DNA of 63,809 nt, the filler included, from Nemertoderma westbladi (lineage: Eukaryota; Animalia; Xenacoelomorpha): NCBI GenBank assembly GCA_032718475.1. It is 3 parts of 3 records of this genome, joined end to end, with 100 filler letters (N's around TTAATTAATTAA, not from the genome) between each part and the next. Parts side by side here need not be neighbours in the genome. Positions count along the whole stretch, not along the records: positions 1 to 25,160 come from JAUCBJ010005468.1; 2 more parts are not named here. One strand, 5' to 3'. Positions 10,800 to 21,410 of this stretch are shown here, in pieces; the first letter of the stretch is position 1; the number at the start of each line of letters is the position of its first letter. The notes below the pieces were generated by a model, which did no database searches, was not told the DNA's origin, and was given only the letters and a program-made list of their open reading frames with translations. The translations under genes were made by a program, and so were the position numbers.

Positions 10800-13160
10800 T
10801 CCATATATGCGTATTAAATTCTTAATCTGTCAACAATAAGGCTGCTTTTATTAAGGATTATATCGTGGACAATATGATTTATATTATGGCAATAACCGAA
10901 TCTTGGAACTGCGGATGATAATAAGATCGTTGGTAAAATATGCCCTGCAGGTTACACACTACGTGACACACCAAGATCTCGATGTAGGGGTGGAGGCGTA
11001 GCATACATATATCGATTATGTTTGAAATTGAGAAGATGCCAAAGTGAACCAGTGAACACTGATGCGGATCATCATCATATATCGTACATATCCCTCCTGT
11101 GCCAATGGACTCACAGCTAAATTATTCTTTGATCAATTCGCAGACTTCTTGCAACATATAATTACGAAACCTGGAGTAATTACTATTGTTGGTGATTTTA
11201 ATTTCCATGTAGACGACACGTCTGAGATGGAGGCTATAGAATTTAACAATATCCTCAGTTGTTTTGGTCTTGTTTAGTTGGTAAATGGCAAATGGGCCAA
11301 CCCATCAACATGGCCATACATTGGGCTTAGTTGTCACACATATTGATGAGTCTCACATGTACAAGAACGTGTATGCGCCGGACATTGGCCTCTCTGACCA
11401 CTATGCAGTTCATTACAACAGGAACCTTTTAAAGCCTGTGGTGAATACTGTATCTCTCACATGTAGAAATATTAAAAATATTAAATTAGATGATTTCATA
11501 ATGATCTGCAAAATTCTCCATTGTGTTGCCCACCACAATTTAGAGATAATATTGATGATGTCGTGCTATGTATATATATAATGATACTCTTAAAAGCATC
11601 ATGGATACACATGCTCCGGAGATATGTATGACTGTAAGTATTAAACCCAAAGCTGCCTGGTATAATGAGGACATAGCAAACAAAAAGAGGAAAAGACGCC
11701 GTTTGGAACGGAAATACCATAAAACTGGACTTGCAGCAGACTGTAGTTCTTTTAGATCTCAGTGCAAAGTGGTTTCAGATGCTATTGTTTTAACAAAGGG
11801 AACTTACTATGGAGACATAATCAGAAAGAATTCCAGTATCCATAAGAAACTATATTCTGTGATCGATAAATTATTATATCGCAAGAAGAATATTCTTCCT
11901 GAGCGGGAGTCCGATGAGGAATTGGCCAACATATTTGGAGATTTTTTCGATAAAAATATCGCAAAAAGATATTACAACATCGCCCAGTCTCTCTGCCACT
12001 GATGACCGGGGTAAATGTCGAACCATTAGGTGTTCAACCAACATTAATGGGGACGACAACTCCACTGGAAACGAACTCTAACTCAATTGGACCAAGTGAC
12101 CTGGGTAATTCCTCCCGGGATAGCTGAAATCGAGAATTAAGCTCTTTCCAGGAAATTACCTCCGAGGAGAGCGAGAAACTAATTAGTGATTCAAAATCAA
12201 AAACTAGTCCGTGTGACCCGATGCTAACGAGCTTGGTCAAGCTATCAATCCGTCTTCTGCTGCCTATTATTACTTGTATTATTAATATGTTTATTAATAT
12301 TACTGTCGCGGCTAATTGCGGCTATGGTCCCATTGCTGTTTAAGGAGGCTGTGTTAACACCGGTGCTTACGAAGTTAAACCTAGATCCAGAAATTCTTAC
12401 TACTACAACTACTACTAGGATCGACATGCTGCATTGCAGCTGCATTTTTAAGAATGCTGTGCTGGCTTGTCGACAAAATTGCTCTATCACAACTCCCTAT
12501 CACCCATGACATTTGCTAGATCATCCGCATCTTCAAGGCCAGTGTCCTTTAAGATGCGTCTCAAGAAAGTCATGGGCTGTCCACCATGCTTATTCACTCC
12601 ATTAGGCTGCCAAAGTACAAGATTATGCACTGACTGGTCCTCACGCCGAAAGCAATGTCCTGCAAAGTGGAGGCAATTTTGTTCTAGTGTCAAGCTTGGG
12701 GGAACCAATGAGACACCTCCAATTCTTAAAAACTTCAGGCCAGTCTCCAACTTGCTTTACATTTCTAGACTAACAGAAAAGGTTGTTGCTAACCAACTAA
12801 TTAACTATATGAATCTACATAACCTTCATGAGCCAAGGCAAAGTGCATACAGGCACAACCATGGCACAGAAACAGCACTTCTGTCAGTCAGTGATTCTGT
12901 CCTCCGTTGCATCGACTCATGTTCAGCAGTGCTAGTTATACTGTTGGATTTATCAGCAGCGTTCGACACAGTTGAACATGATAAACTCTTGCAAATTCTT
13001 GAGTCTGATATTGAGATCACCAGTAATGCACTCGATTGGTTCAAATCATAATTGTCTGGTAGATCACAACACGTGCGTGTTGGCAGTTATTATTCCACAT
13101 ACAGAGTCCTTAGGTATGGATTACCTCAGGGTTCAGTGCTTGGGCCACTACTATTTACAT
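10800..13160 (+). pseudogene. Degraded L2-clade LINE ORF2 (APE endonuclease + reverse transcriptase), 3'-truncated
   Basis: APE motifs: ICVLNS*SVNNK, AITESW, RGGGVA, GDFNFH, PTHQHGHTL, SDH. RT motifs: FRPVSNL, QSAYR..HGTETAL, LLDLSAAFDTV, GLPQGSVLGPLLF. Many stops and frameshifts; ends before YADD. Confidence 0.92.
12400..12720 (-). mobile_element. 5'-truncated RTE-clade LINE inserted into the L2
   Basis: (AGT)n tail and HFAGHCFRREDQ..LVLWQP...TFLRRILKDTGL. 8-bp TSD AATTCTTA at 12392-12399 and 12721-12728. Removing it restores LDPEILKNFRPVSN. Confidence 0.9.
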
Positions 13161-14760
13161 GTTCGTGCGGCCTTCGCGCAGCACGAGGCCCAGTTATGAG
13201 ATACAAATTAAAATTGTGCGACTGTATCACAAAATCAGGTTATGAGAGATTAACCCACACCACCAATTAATCAAAGAAAGGGGGACAGTACGTGTTCACC
13301 CCTTTTAATCAACACCCCCCCCCCCCTCCCCCAACCCACCAATACATAACCGCGACATCTACCACCCACGGAAGGGTAGCACGAACTTATTTACAAACGC
13401 AAGTTCAATATGCAAAGCCAGGTGGTTTATAGGAATATAATCAATGCAGCACTCGTCTTCATTATAAGCCTCTTTGCGTTCGACCTGTTTTGTATTAAAA
13501 TATATTTATTAAACGCAGGCTGACGCTCTTTATAATAATAATACCTAGGGATGCCAGCTTCCAGACTTTCAATCTTTACTGCCGCGCAAACACCGCAGAG
13601 GAAGTTTTGGTTTGAGATATCAAGCCCATCGGCAATTGGTATTTCAATTTCGGTCCAGGAACTCTGACAATGGGAGCATTCAATCTTAGCTGTGGTCCAT
13701 TCCCGTGGTTTCGGCTTCCTTTTCTTTGTCCCAATGACATATTCTTCTGAAGACGTTCGATTCGCTTTCAGTTTATTGTTGGCGTTTGTGTTTTGAAGTT
13801 GTATTCGAGTGGACAGTCGCGCCGGTTTCGAGGTGACCATACCGACCTGTGATAAGTGTTGGTTTTGTTGAGTGCCGGTATTCATCTTCTCTCACCTCTT
13901 CAATGTCAGATGTTGCAAATACTGATAACACGAATAACGGTATATATTTCAATACTTGTCAATAGTAATATATATAATTTAGATAACTATTTTATATCTG
14001 TACTGTTGAGCAAACTCTACATAAATTTCAAACCTGTGTATCGCCGGTAGTGCTGTTGCTGTGCAAGTGCTGAAGTGCTGGTTGCCACCGGTCAGCCGGT
14101 ACCGGTAGTAGGGTGGTACCTACGGTGCGCACTACAATGGCAGTACAGCAATACGGTGTACCGTGCCAATGACTGAATGATTGGCGGTAACTATCTAAAC
14201 TGTTATATTATTATTACCGGTGCCGGTACTGGGCTAATTAGGCCTAAACTATAATCACCGCAAGGGTTGCCGGGGCCATGTTTAATTAGATTACATGATA
14301 TGGCATGTCTGCAGTGTATGGTACCGGCTGACCAGTATTGCAGTATTGACTGATTGCAGGATTCTCGATTCAGGGATTGAGTACAGCCTGACTGTACCGG
14401 TACACATGGTACATGCAGATTGGCAGACAGCCCCAATGTATTGCAAAATTTGTCAGAAACCCAGCTGATTTATCCTACAGTAATAATAATTTAACGCATT
14501 TTAAATTTGGATAAATAAATTTATTATAACTGCAATAACAGTTACACTGATGCTGCACGAAGGCCCCACGCAAATTCTACTTGGAAAATTTTCAAACTTT
14601 TGCCAAACAACATGTGTACCAAGTTTGGATACATTTCATCAAGGATTGGCCGAGTTATTAACGTTTAAAATAAAATACTGAAAAAAAACGCGACAGAACG
14701 ACAGGTTGATTAATGGTACCCCTACGCTAAGGCTCACTCACTTCGTGGCTCGCCCCACAA
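13160..14760 (-). mobile_element. Helentron-associated (HINE/DINE-like) non-autonomous element with ~1.4 kb of internal cargo
   Basis: On the minus strand: GTGGGGCGAGCCACGAAG (14758), a conserved core, an inner GTGGGGCCTTCG (14569) and a terminal GCTGCGCGAAGGCCGCAC (13165). The same architecture is at 49988-50687; both terminal motifs also occur at 61529-61828. Confidence 0.6.
13427..13885 (-). pseudogene. Zinc-finger-like fragment (CSHC...FLCGVC) resembling a CR1-type ORF1 N-terminus
   Basis: C-x2-C...C-x2-C followed by KIESLE. Lies inside the HINE. Confidence 0.35.
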
Positions 14761-15600
14761 TATATACTCGCTCTCTATCGGCTGTAATTAAGACACATTA
14801 CATTACGGACTACTGTGCATTACAGTTTTTTAATAGTTCCTTTCATAATTTTATATACAGTCTGTTTTTAATGGTGTACCCATTAATGCCGAATTGTGTT
14901 GTGTGCGCGCCTTATTAGCGCCGTTATTGCCCTTAAAAGGCGCCTTATAAATATATTATTATTATTAGTTAATAGTTAATTGAGGATGGTAATTCAATTA
15001 TCAATAAGAATAAGTTTTATTAAACTTGTTTTAATATAATAAAATAAATATATTTCAAGGGCTAAGGGCCCACATTGTCAATAATCAACTGAATGTAAAC
15101 AGAATTAATAAATTATTACAGCTACCTATTTATGAAATGTTTTTAACAGTACAAAGGTACCTACCTAACTGCCTAACTACTAAATTACTATACGCACAAA
15201 ATTATTTAACTTTCAGGAACCCCCCGCTTTCCAACACTGCTATACTTAAATGATCTACGTCTGTGGATAATCTCTTGTTAACTGCCCGGTATCTGATACA
15301 CTATACCTCTGGGTGGATATTTCGGTTTATGGCCTCTTAGTAGGTATGATCTTAACGTTCTACCCCTAACCGTATATGTGCCGACATCATATTTCTTACA
15401 CATTCGTTCTAGAGGTTCTGTTAGTCCCTTTACATAAGGCAGTCCTATATTGACTTCAGGGCGTTGTGGCTTTGTTGGTATGTCTTCACTGGTTACCTTA
15501 AGGCTATCAAAGGACTTATTACACTTTCGTAAGGAATTATAAATAACCCTAGTTGGATAACCATTGGACATAAGTGAGTCAGTTAACTGCGGTATCCACA

Positions 15601-15950
15601 ATCCACCCAGAGGTTTAGTGTATCAGATACCGTGTTGCTGTGGCAACATATATGTAGGCCAAACCTTATACAGTCTTGATGTCCGTCTGACCCAGCATCA
15701 GGGAGATGTTAAACACCATAGGCCCAAAGCATCCGAGTTGTCTGGCCATCATGTAGCTACTGGACACATTCCATTATGGGATAGGGCAACAGTGATAGGG
15801 AGAGTGTCAGACTTGCACGGTAGGCTAATATTAGAGAGTATGTATATTAAATCATTGGGATCCCGGGCAGTTAACAAGAGATTATCCATTGACGTAGATC
15901 ATTTAAGTATAGCAGTGTTGGAAAGCGGGGGGTTCCTGAAAATTAAATAA
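15601..15950 (+). pseudogene. Penelope GIY-YIG endonuclease C-terminal fragment
   Basis: VYQIPCCCGNIYVGQT...RLTQH...SELSGHH...GH...RLILESMYIK...N, then TAA. Confidence 0.9.
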
Positions 15951-16065
15951 TTTTGTGCGTATAGTAATTTAGTAGTTAGGCAGTTAGGTAGGTACCTTTG
16001 TACTGTTAAAAACATTTCATAAATAGGTAGCTGTAATAATTTATTAATTCTGTTTACATTCAGTT

Positions 16066-16110
16066 GATTATTGACAATGTGGGCCCTTAGCCCTTGAAAT
16101 ATATTAATTT
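16066..16110 (+). ncRNA. Candidate degenerate minimal hammerhead ribozyme in the Penelope 3' repeat (mirror copy ~15042-15086, minus strand)
   Basis: TTGACAA (U3-A8 variant of CUGANGA), then a GGGC/GCCC hairpin, then GAAA, then palindromic ATATAT. Confidence 0.35.
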
Positions 16111-16177
16111 TATTATATTAAAACAAGTTTAATAAAACTTATTCTTATTGATTATTATTATTATATTACAATTTTCA

Positions 16178-16241
16178 GATCCGTCACATACTGTGGTATT
16201 GAGGCAACGGCAAACATCTGTGGAACATTTATCCATGTGGA
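16178..16241 (+). repeat. 64-bp direct repeat, copy 2
   Basis: Identical to 8731-8794. Confidence 0.9.
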
Positions 16242-16510
16242 GCCATTGGCCCTGTGGGACCTCTTTGATTAACTCAACACTTGAAAACAAACAACACAAT
16301 GATGAGTGTTAACATCGTCACAGACACTGCCCCCTCCCATATAACCTCTAACCCACATTGCGACTCCATATGTTACATCCCTCCCTCCCACAACACACAC
16401 ATGGTATCTCTACATTTTTAGATATACCACTAATGTAACTATACCATTTCCATGTAATCAAATTTCAACGTCAATGAATAAAATCGGACTTCATCTACGC
16501 CGTGATATAA

Positions 16511-16705
16511 GGCACATGTGAAGTATACCGGATTTTTTGCTGTTATATTTCACCTTGCAAGACAGACGGACCGTCTTGCAACTTACAGAAGGGCTGATAA
16601 ACAATAAATGAACACTTATAAGATAGAAACAAGCGCTTTGGAGAAATTAAAAAAATAAATACATTTCGGCCAAAAAGTGAAAACCTGGTATTCTTCGCAG
16701 GGTGT
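16511..16705. mobile_element. MITE, reverse-oriented relative of 55450-55724
   Basis: Ends are GGCACATGTGAAGTATACCGG and CCTGGTATTCTTCGCAGGG; internal blocks are shared with the 55.5 kb copy. Confidence 0.55.
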
Positions 16706-16785
16706 GATATAAAGTTGCATGGTTGTGATATAAAGTCACTTTGATGTGATATAAAGTCGCATGGGTGTGATATAAAGTCTATTTT
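16703..16785 (+). repeat. 21-bp tandem repeat (GTGATATAAAGT...) x4
   Basis: Seen directly in the sequence. Confidence 0.8.
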
Positions 16786-17033
16786 ATAATGCCATTTGTG
16801 TTTTTAATTTATTAAGATTTCATTTAAGTCTTGTTTAGAATGTTTAACAACATATCTTCATTGATTTATATTGTCAGTATCACATCCGTCACGCCAGTGG
16901 ATTTGTACTAACTGGGATGGGATCTTTCAGCCCTACCGACGGTGTTGTCGCGTTTCGGCAACTGATAGTATCATTAGAGCCGCGTTTCGGCAACTCATAG
17001 TCGCGTTTCGGCAACATGGTGACAAGGTTGTGT

Positions 17034-19290
17034 GGAGGTCTGACTCATCCAGTATGGAGTAGGGAAGGGAGGTCTGACTCATCCAGTATGGAGTAGGGAA
17101 GGGAGGTCTGACTCATCCAGTATGGAGTAGGGAAGGAGGTCTGACTCATCCAGTATGGAGTAGGGAAGGGAGGTCTGACTCATCCAGTATGGAGTAGGGA
17201 AGGGAGGTCTGCCTCATCCAGTATGGAGTAGGGAAGGGAGGTCTGACTCATCCAGTATGGAGTAGGGAAGGGAGGTCTGACTCATCCAGTATGGAGTAGG
17301 GAAGGGAACTCATCCAGTATGGAGTAGGGAAGGGAACTCATCCAGTATGGAGTAGGGAAGGGAACTCATCCAGTATGGAGTAGGGAAGGGAGGTCTGACT
17401 CATCCAGTATGGAGTAAGGAAGGGTGGTCTTCCTCATCCAGTATGGAGTAGGGAAGGGAGGTCTGACTCATCCAGTATGGAGTAGGGAAGGGAGGTCTGA
17501 CTCTTCCAGTATGGAGTAGGGAAGGGAACTCATCCAGTATGGAGTAGGGAAGGGAGGTCTGACTCATCCAGTATGGAGTAGGGAAGGGAGGTCTGACTCA
17601 TCCAGTATGGAGTAGGGAAGGGAGGTCTGACTCATCCAGTATGGAGTAGGGAAGGGAGGTCTGACTCATCCAGTATGGAGTAGGGAAGGGAACTCATCCA
17701 GTATGGAGTAGGGAAGGGAGGTCTGACTCATCCAGTATGGAGTAGGGAAGGGAGGTCTGACTCATCCAGTATGGAGTAGGGAAGGGAACTCATCCAGTAT
17801 GGAGTAGGGAAGGGAGGTTTGACTCATCCAGTATGGAGTAGGGAAGGGAACTCATCCAGTATGGAGTAGGGAAGGGAGGTCTGACTCATCCAGTATGGAG
17901 TAGGGAAGTGAGGTCTGACTCATCCAGTATGGAGTAGGGAAGGGAACTCATCCAGTATGGAGTAGGGAAGGGAACTCATCCAGTATGGAGTAGGGAAGGG
18001 AGGTCTGACTCATCCAGTATGGAGTAGGGAAGGGAGGTCTGACTCATCCAGTATGAAGTAGGGAAGGGAACTCATCCAGTATAGAGTAGGGAAGGGAGGT
18101 CTGACTCATCCAGTATGGAGTAGGGAAGGGAGGTCTGACTCATCCAGTATGGAGTAGGGAAGTGAGGTCTGACTCATCCAGTATGGAGTAGGGAAGGGAA
18201 CTCATCCAGTATGGAGTAGGGAAGGGAGGTCTGACTCATCCAGTATGGAGTAGGGAAGGGAGGTCTAACTCATCCAGTATGGAGTAGGGAAGGGAGGTCT
18301 GACTCATCCAGTATGGAGTAGGGAAGGGAGGTCTGACTCATCCAGTATGGAGTAGGGAAGGGAGGTCTGACTCATCCATTATGGAGTAGGTAAGGGAGGT
18401 CTGACTCATCCAGTATGAAGTAGGGAAGGAGGTCTGACTCATCCAGTATGGAGTAGGGAAGGGAGGTCTGACTCATCCAGTATGGAGTAGGGAAGGGAAC
18501 TCATCCAGTATGGAGTAGGGAAGGGAGGTCTGACTCATCCAGTATGGAGTAGGGAAGGGAGGTCTGACTCATCCAGTATGAAGTAGGGAAGGGAACTCAT
18601 CCAGTATGGAGTAGGGAAGGGAGGTCTGACTCATCCATTATGGAGTAGGGAAGGGAGGTCTGACTCATCCAGTATGAAGTAGGGAAGGGAACTCATCCAG
18701 TATAGAGTAGGGAAGGGAGGTCTGACTCATCCAGTATGGAGTAGGGAAGGGAGGTCTGACTCATCCAGTATGGAGTAGGGAAGGGAGGTCTGACTCATCC
18801 AGTATGGAGTAGGGAAGGGAACTCATCCAGTATGGAGTAGGGAAGGGAACTCATCCAGTATGGAGTAGGGAAGGGAACTCATCCAGTATAGAGTAGGGAA
18901 GGGAGGTCTGACTCATCCAGTATGGAGTAGGGAAGGGAGGTCTGACTCATCCAGTATGGAGTAGGGAAGGGAGGTCTGACTCATCCAGTATGGAGTAGGG
19001 AAGGGAACTCATCCAGTATGGAGTAGGGAAGGGAACTCATCCAGTATGGAGTAGGGAAGGGAGGTCTGACTCATCCAGTATGGAGTAAGGAAGGGTGGTC
19101 TGCCTCATCCAGTATGGAGTAGGGAAGGGAGGTCTGACTCATCCAGTATGGAGTAGGGAAGGGAGGTCTGACTCTTCCAGTATGGAGAAGGGAAGGGAAC
19201 TCATCCAGTATGGAGTAGGGAAGGGAACTCATCCAGTATGGAGTAGGGAAGGGAGGTCTGACTCATCCAGTATGGAGTAGGGAAGGGAGG
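17034..19290 (+). repeat. Purine-rich minisatellite with interspersed 34-bp and 28-bp units
   Basis: GGGAGGTCTGACTCATCCAGTATGGAGTAGGGAA (34 bp) and GGGAACTCATCCAGTATGGAGTAGGGAA (28 bp, lacking GGTCTG). Confidence 0.98.
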
Positions 19291-20282
19291 TGTAAAAGCT
19301 TTTGTGGGATAACTGATTCGTTTGCCTTGTTGGCCAGTTCCCCCCCGGTCGCTAGAATACTCTAAAGGGGATCTATAGTTAAAATAGTGCAAGCTACCAG
19401 CTTATTGGCTGATTTGCTGTACGCAGGTATCTGGGCTCTGTTTAATCGGCCAACCAGCCTAGGAAGGTTGCGTCATAGCCTTGTTTTGTATCTCCCAATA
19501 GAATTTGAGTTAGCCTTGATTTTGACCTATCACAGAGCTACTGAACTGAAATTTTCCTATCTCACTGCTCTTTCTCTGTGTTGAACGGGAGCTTCGTGGA
19601 ATAAGGGTAGTTGGTATCCTCGTATAGAGTAGTAGTCACGAGTTTTTCAAAGCCACGAAAGAACGGCTTTTTAGTGTTTTGTGCTTTCTGCTTTTTAGCT
19701 CAACACTAGTAGGTTTAATTATAAGGACATATATCCTTTAACTGGCTTTTAATCACTTGAATATCTCACTGCTAAAAATTACCTGCTCAATCAATACTGT
19801 ATACTGCTATTTGTTGTCGGTTATTCATTATATTTGTTGATGAATTATTATATTGGAATAACGAGAAATAACCCCGAAAACCCAATATTCTTGATATACC
19901 GAAGGTAAGAGAGAAAGGTTACCAATAACGATTATGACTTATGTTAAAGTGGTTTGAAGTGAATCTAATGTTATTTGATAGACCCTACATGAGTCAGTCT
20001 GTGTTCCTTTTATATGTGACTAAAATCAGTGAAGATTGGCAGATTAGTGTGCAGTATTGTGCAGCATTGTGTACGAGTGAGTCTGTTAAAGAAGCATTTC
20101 CTAAAGAATGCGCCATATATGTGAATTATAATTAAGCCATATCGTTGTGAGTAGTTTAAGTCATAACTCTGTTTATATAAATAAAGCGCCACGTCCTAAA
20201 GGAACTGTTAATATTCCCTAAGGTGAATAATATTGTCAGAGATTATATAATACTGTCAGTCGAATAATACATTAGGCTTACA
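19291..20282 (+). mobile_element. Putative LTR (~990 bp) preceded by a polypurine tract
   Basis: TGTAA...TTACA termini. AGGGAAGGGAGG immediately 5'. AATAAA in the 3' part. No paired LTR in the window. Confidence 0.5.
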
Positions 20283-20536
20283 TAGCAATAAAATTAAACC
20301 GTCGAACCCAATCTCCCGGGAATATCCAGCGGGTGAATGATCGCGCACAGATTGGTTTCGACTAGTGTAGTGAATCAAATACTTGTCATAGGCTAAAAAG
20401 CGATTTAATATCTAGAAGACATCTTAATTTGGCGGATTAAACTGCCAAAGGTCTGAAAGCGCGAACATTAAAGGATATAGCTTCTTTATTGCAGTAAGCA
20501 ATAAAGTTGAAAGTACCGGTCAACCGGTAAACCTGA

Positions 20537-20665
20537 ACCGGTACATCTGTAGGTCAGTAGGCCCAACTGCCAGAACCGGTACTGCCGTAGGTCCGTAGGT
20601 CCAACTGCCAGAACCGGTACTTCTGTAGGTCCGTAGGCCTAGCTGTCCTAACCGGTACTTCCGTA
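20537..20665 (+). repeat. ~32-bp tandem repeat (GTAGGTCCAACTGCCAGAACCGGTACT...) x3-4
   Basis: Seen directly in the sequence. Confidence 0.75.
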
Positions 20666-20864
20666 TAAGTACACTAGTATTATTCGATTTGATTGTTGCA
20701 TACCGGTAGGCTGTTAAGGGATTAGGGATTGATCACCCCTTATTCCTTTATATGGTTTACTTATTTCTGTCAAGTTTTATTTATTTGTAGGCCAGTATTG
20801 AACAGAAGGCGTATAAACCTGATCAGATTGTACAGACGATTTGTATGCTGAGCTGTTGTCTGAT

Positions 20865-21410
20865 TGCTGTTAAGTCCGAACGAATTGCAGTGTGTGTAGA
20901 TCACCTGTCCGATTAAGTACGGTTAGGAAGTAGGGGCAGCGAATGCTGTAAGGTAAACCCCCAACTAAATAATAAGTCGTACTACTGGGTTAGAACGCAT
21001 ACTCCCTAATCATTTCGGAGTCTGCATGTCCTGTAGTTTATTTAGGCTTGAGAGTAGTCTGCCATCGTTTAGTCTGTACTTTGTTTGTGTAAGTCTGTAC
21101 GGGTAGCGTATAATTTTATTTAGATAATTTGTAGGCTGGATAGTTGTCTGGCTGTTATTAGGTCTGAACGGATTGCAGCGTGTGTAGATCACTTGTCCGA
21201 TAAAGAACGGTTAGGAAGTAGGGGCAGCGAATGCTGTAAGGTAAACCCCCAATTAAAGAATAAGTCGTACTACTGGGTTAGAACGCATACTACCTAATTA
21301 TTTCGGAGTCTGCATATACCGTAGTTTGTTTGGGCTTGATAGTAGTCTGTCAGTGTTCGGTCTGCATTTTTTTTGAGTAGTTTGTACGCGTAGCGTAATA
21401 TTTATTATTC
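20865..21410 (+). repeat. Diverged tandem duplication, ~288-bp unit x2
   Basis: CGGTTAGGAAGTAGGGGCAGCGAATGCTGTAAGGTAAACCCCCAA...CTACTGGGTTAGAACGCATACT occurs twice. Confidence 0.85.

Larger units (their letters stand above)
15000..16151. mobile_element. Penelope-like element, head-to-head palindromic remnant
   Basis: ~290-bp inverted arms at 15000-15289 and 15863-16151. The minus arm encodes NGYP...LPYVKGLTE...VYQIP; the plus arm encodes the GIY-YIG endonuclease. Confidence 0.92.

Noticed and set aside
12467-13051. 194-aa novel RT fusion protein
   Set aside because: Chance read-through from an antisense RTE insertion into the L2 RT.
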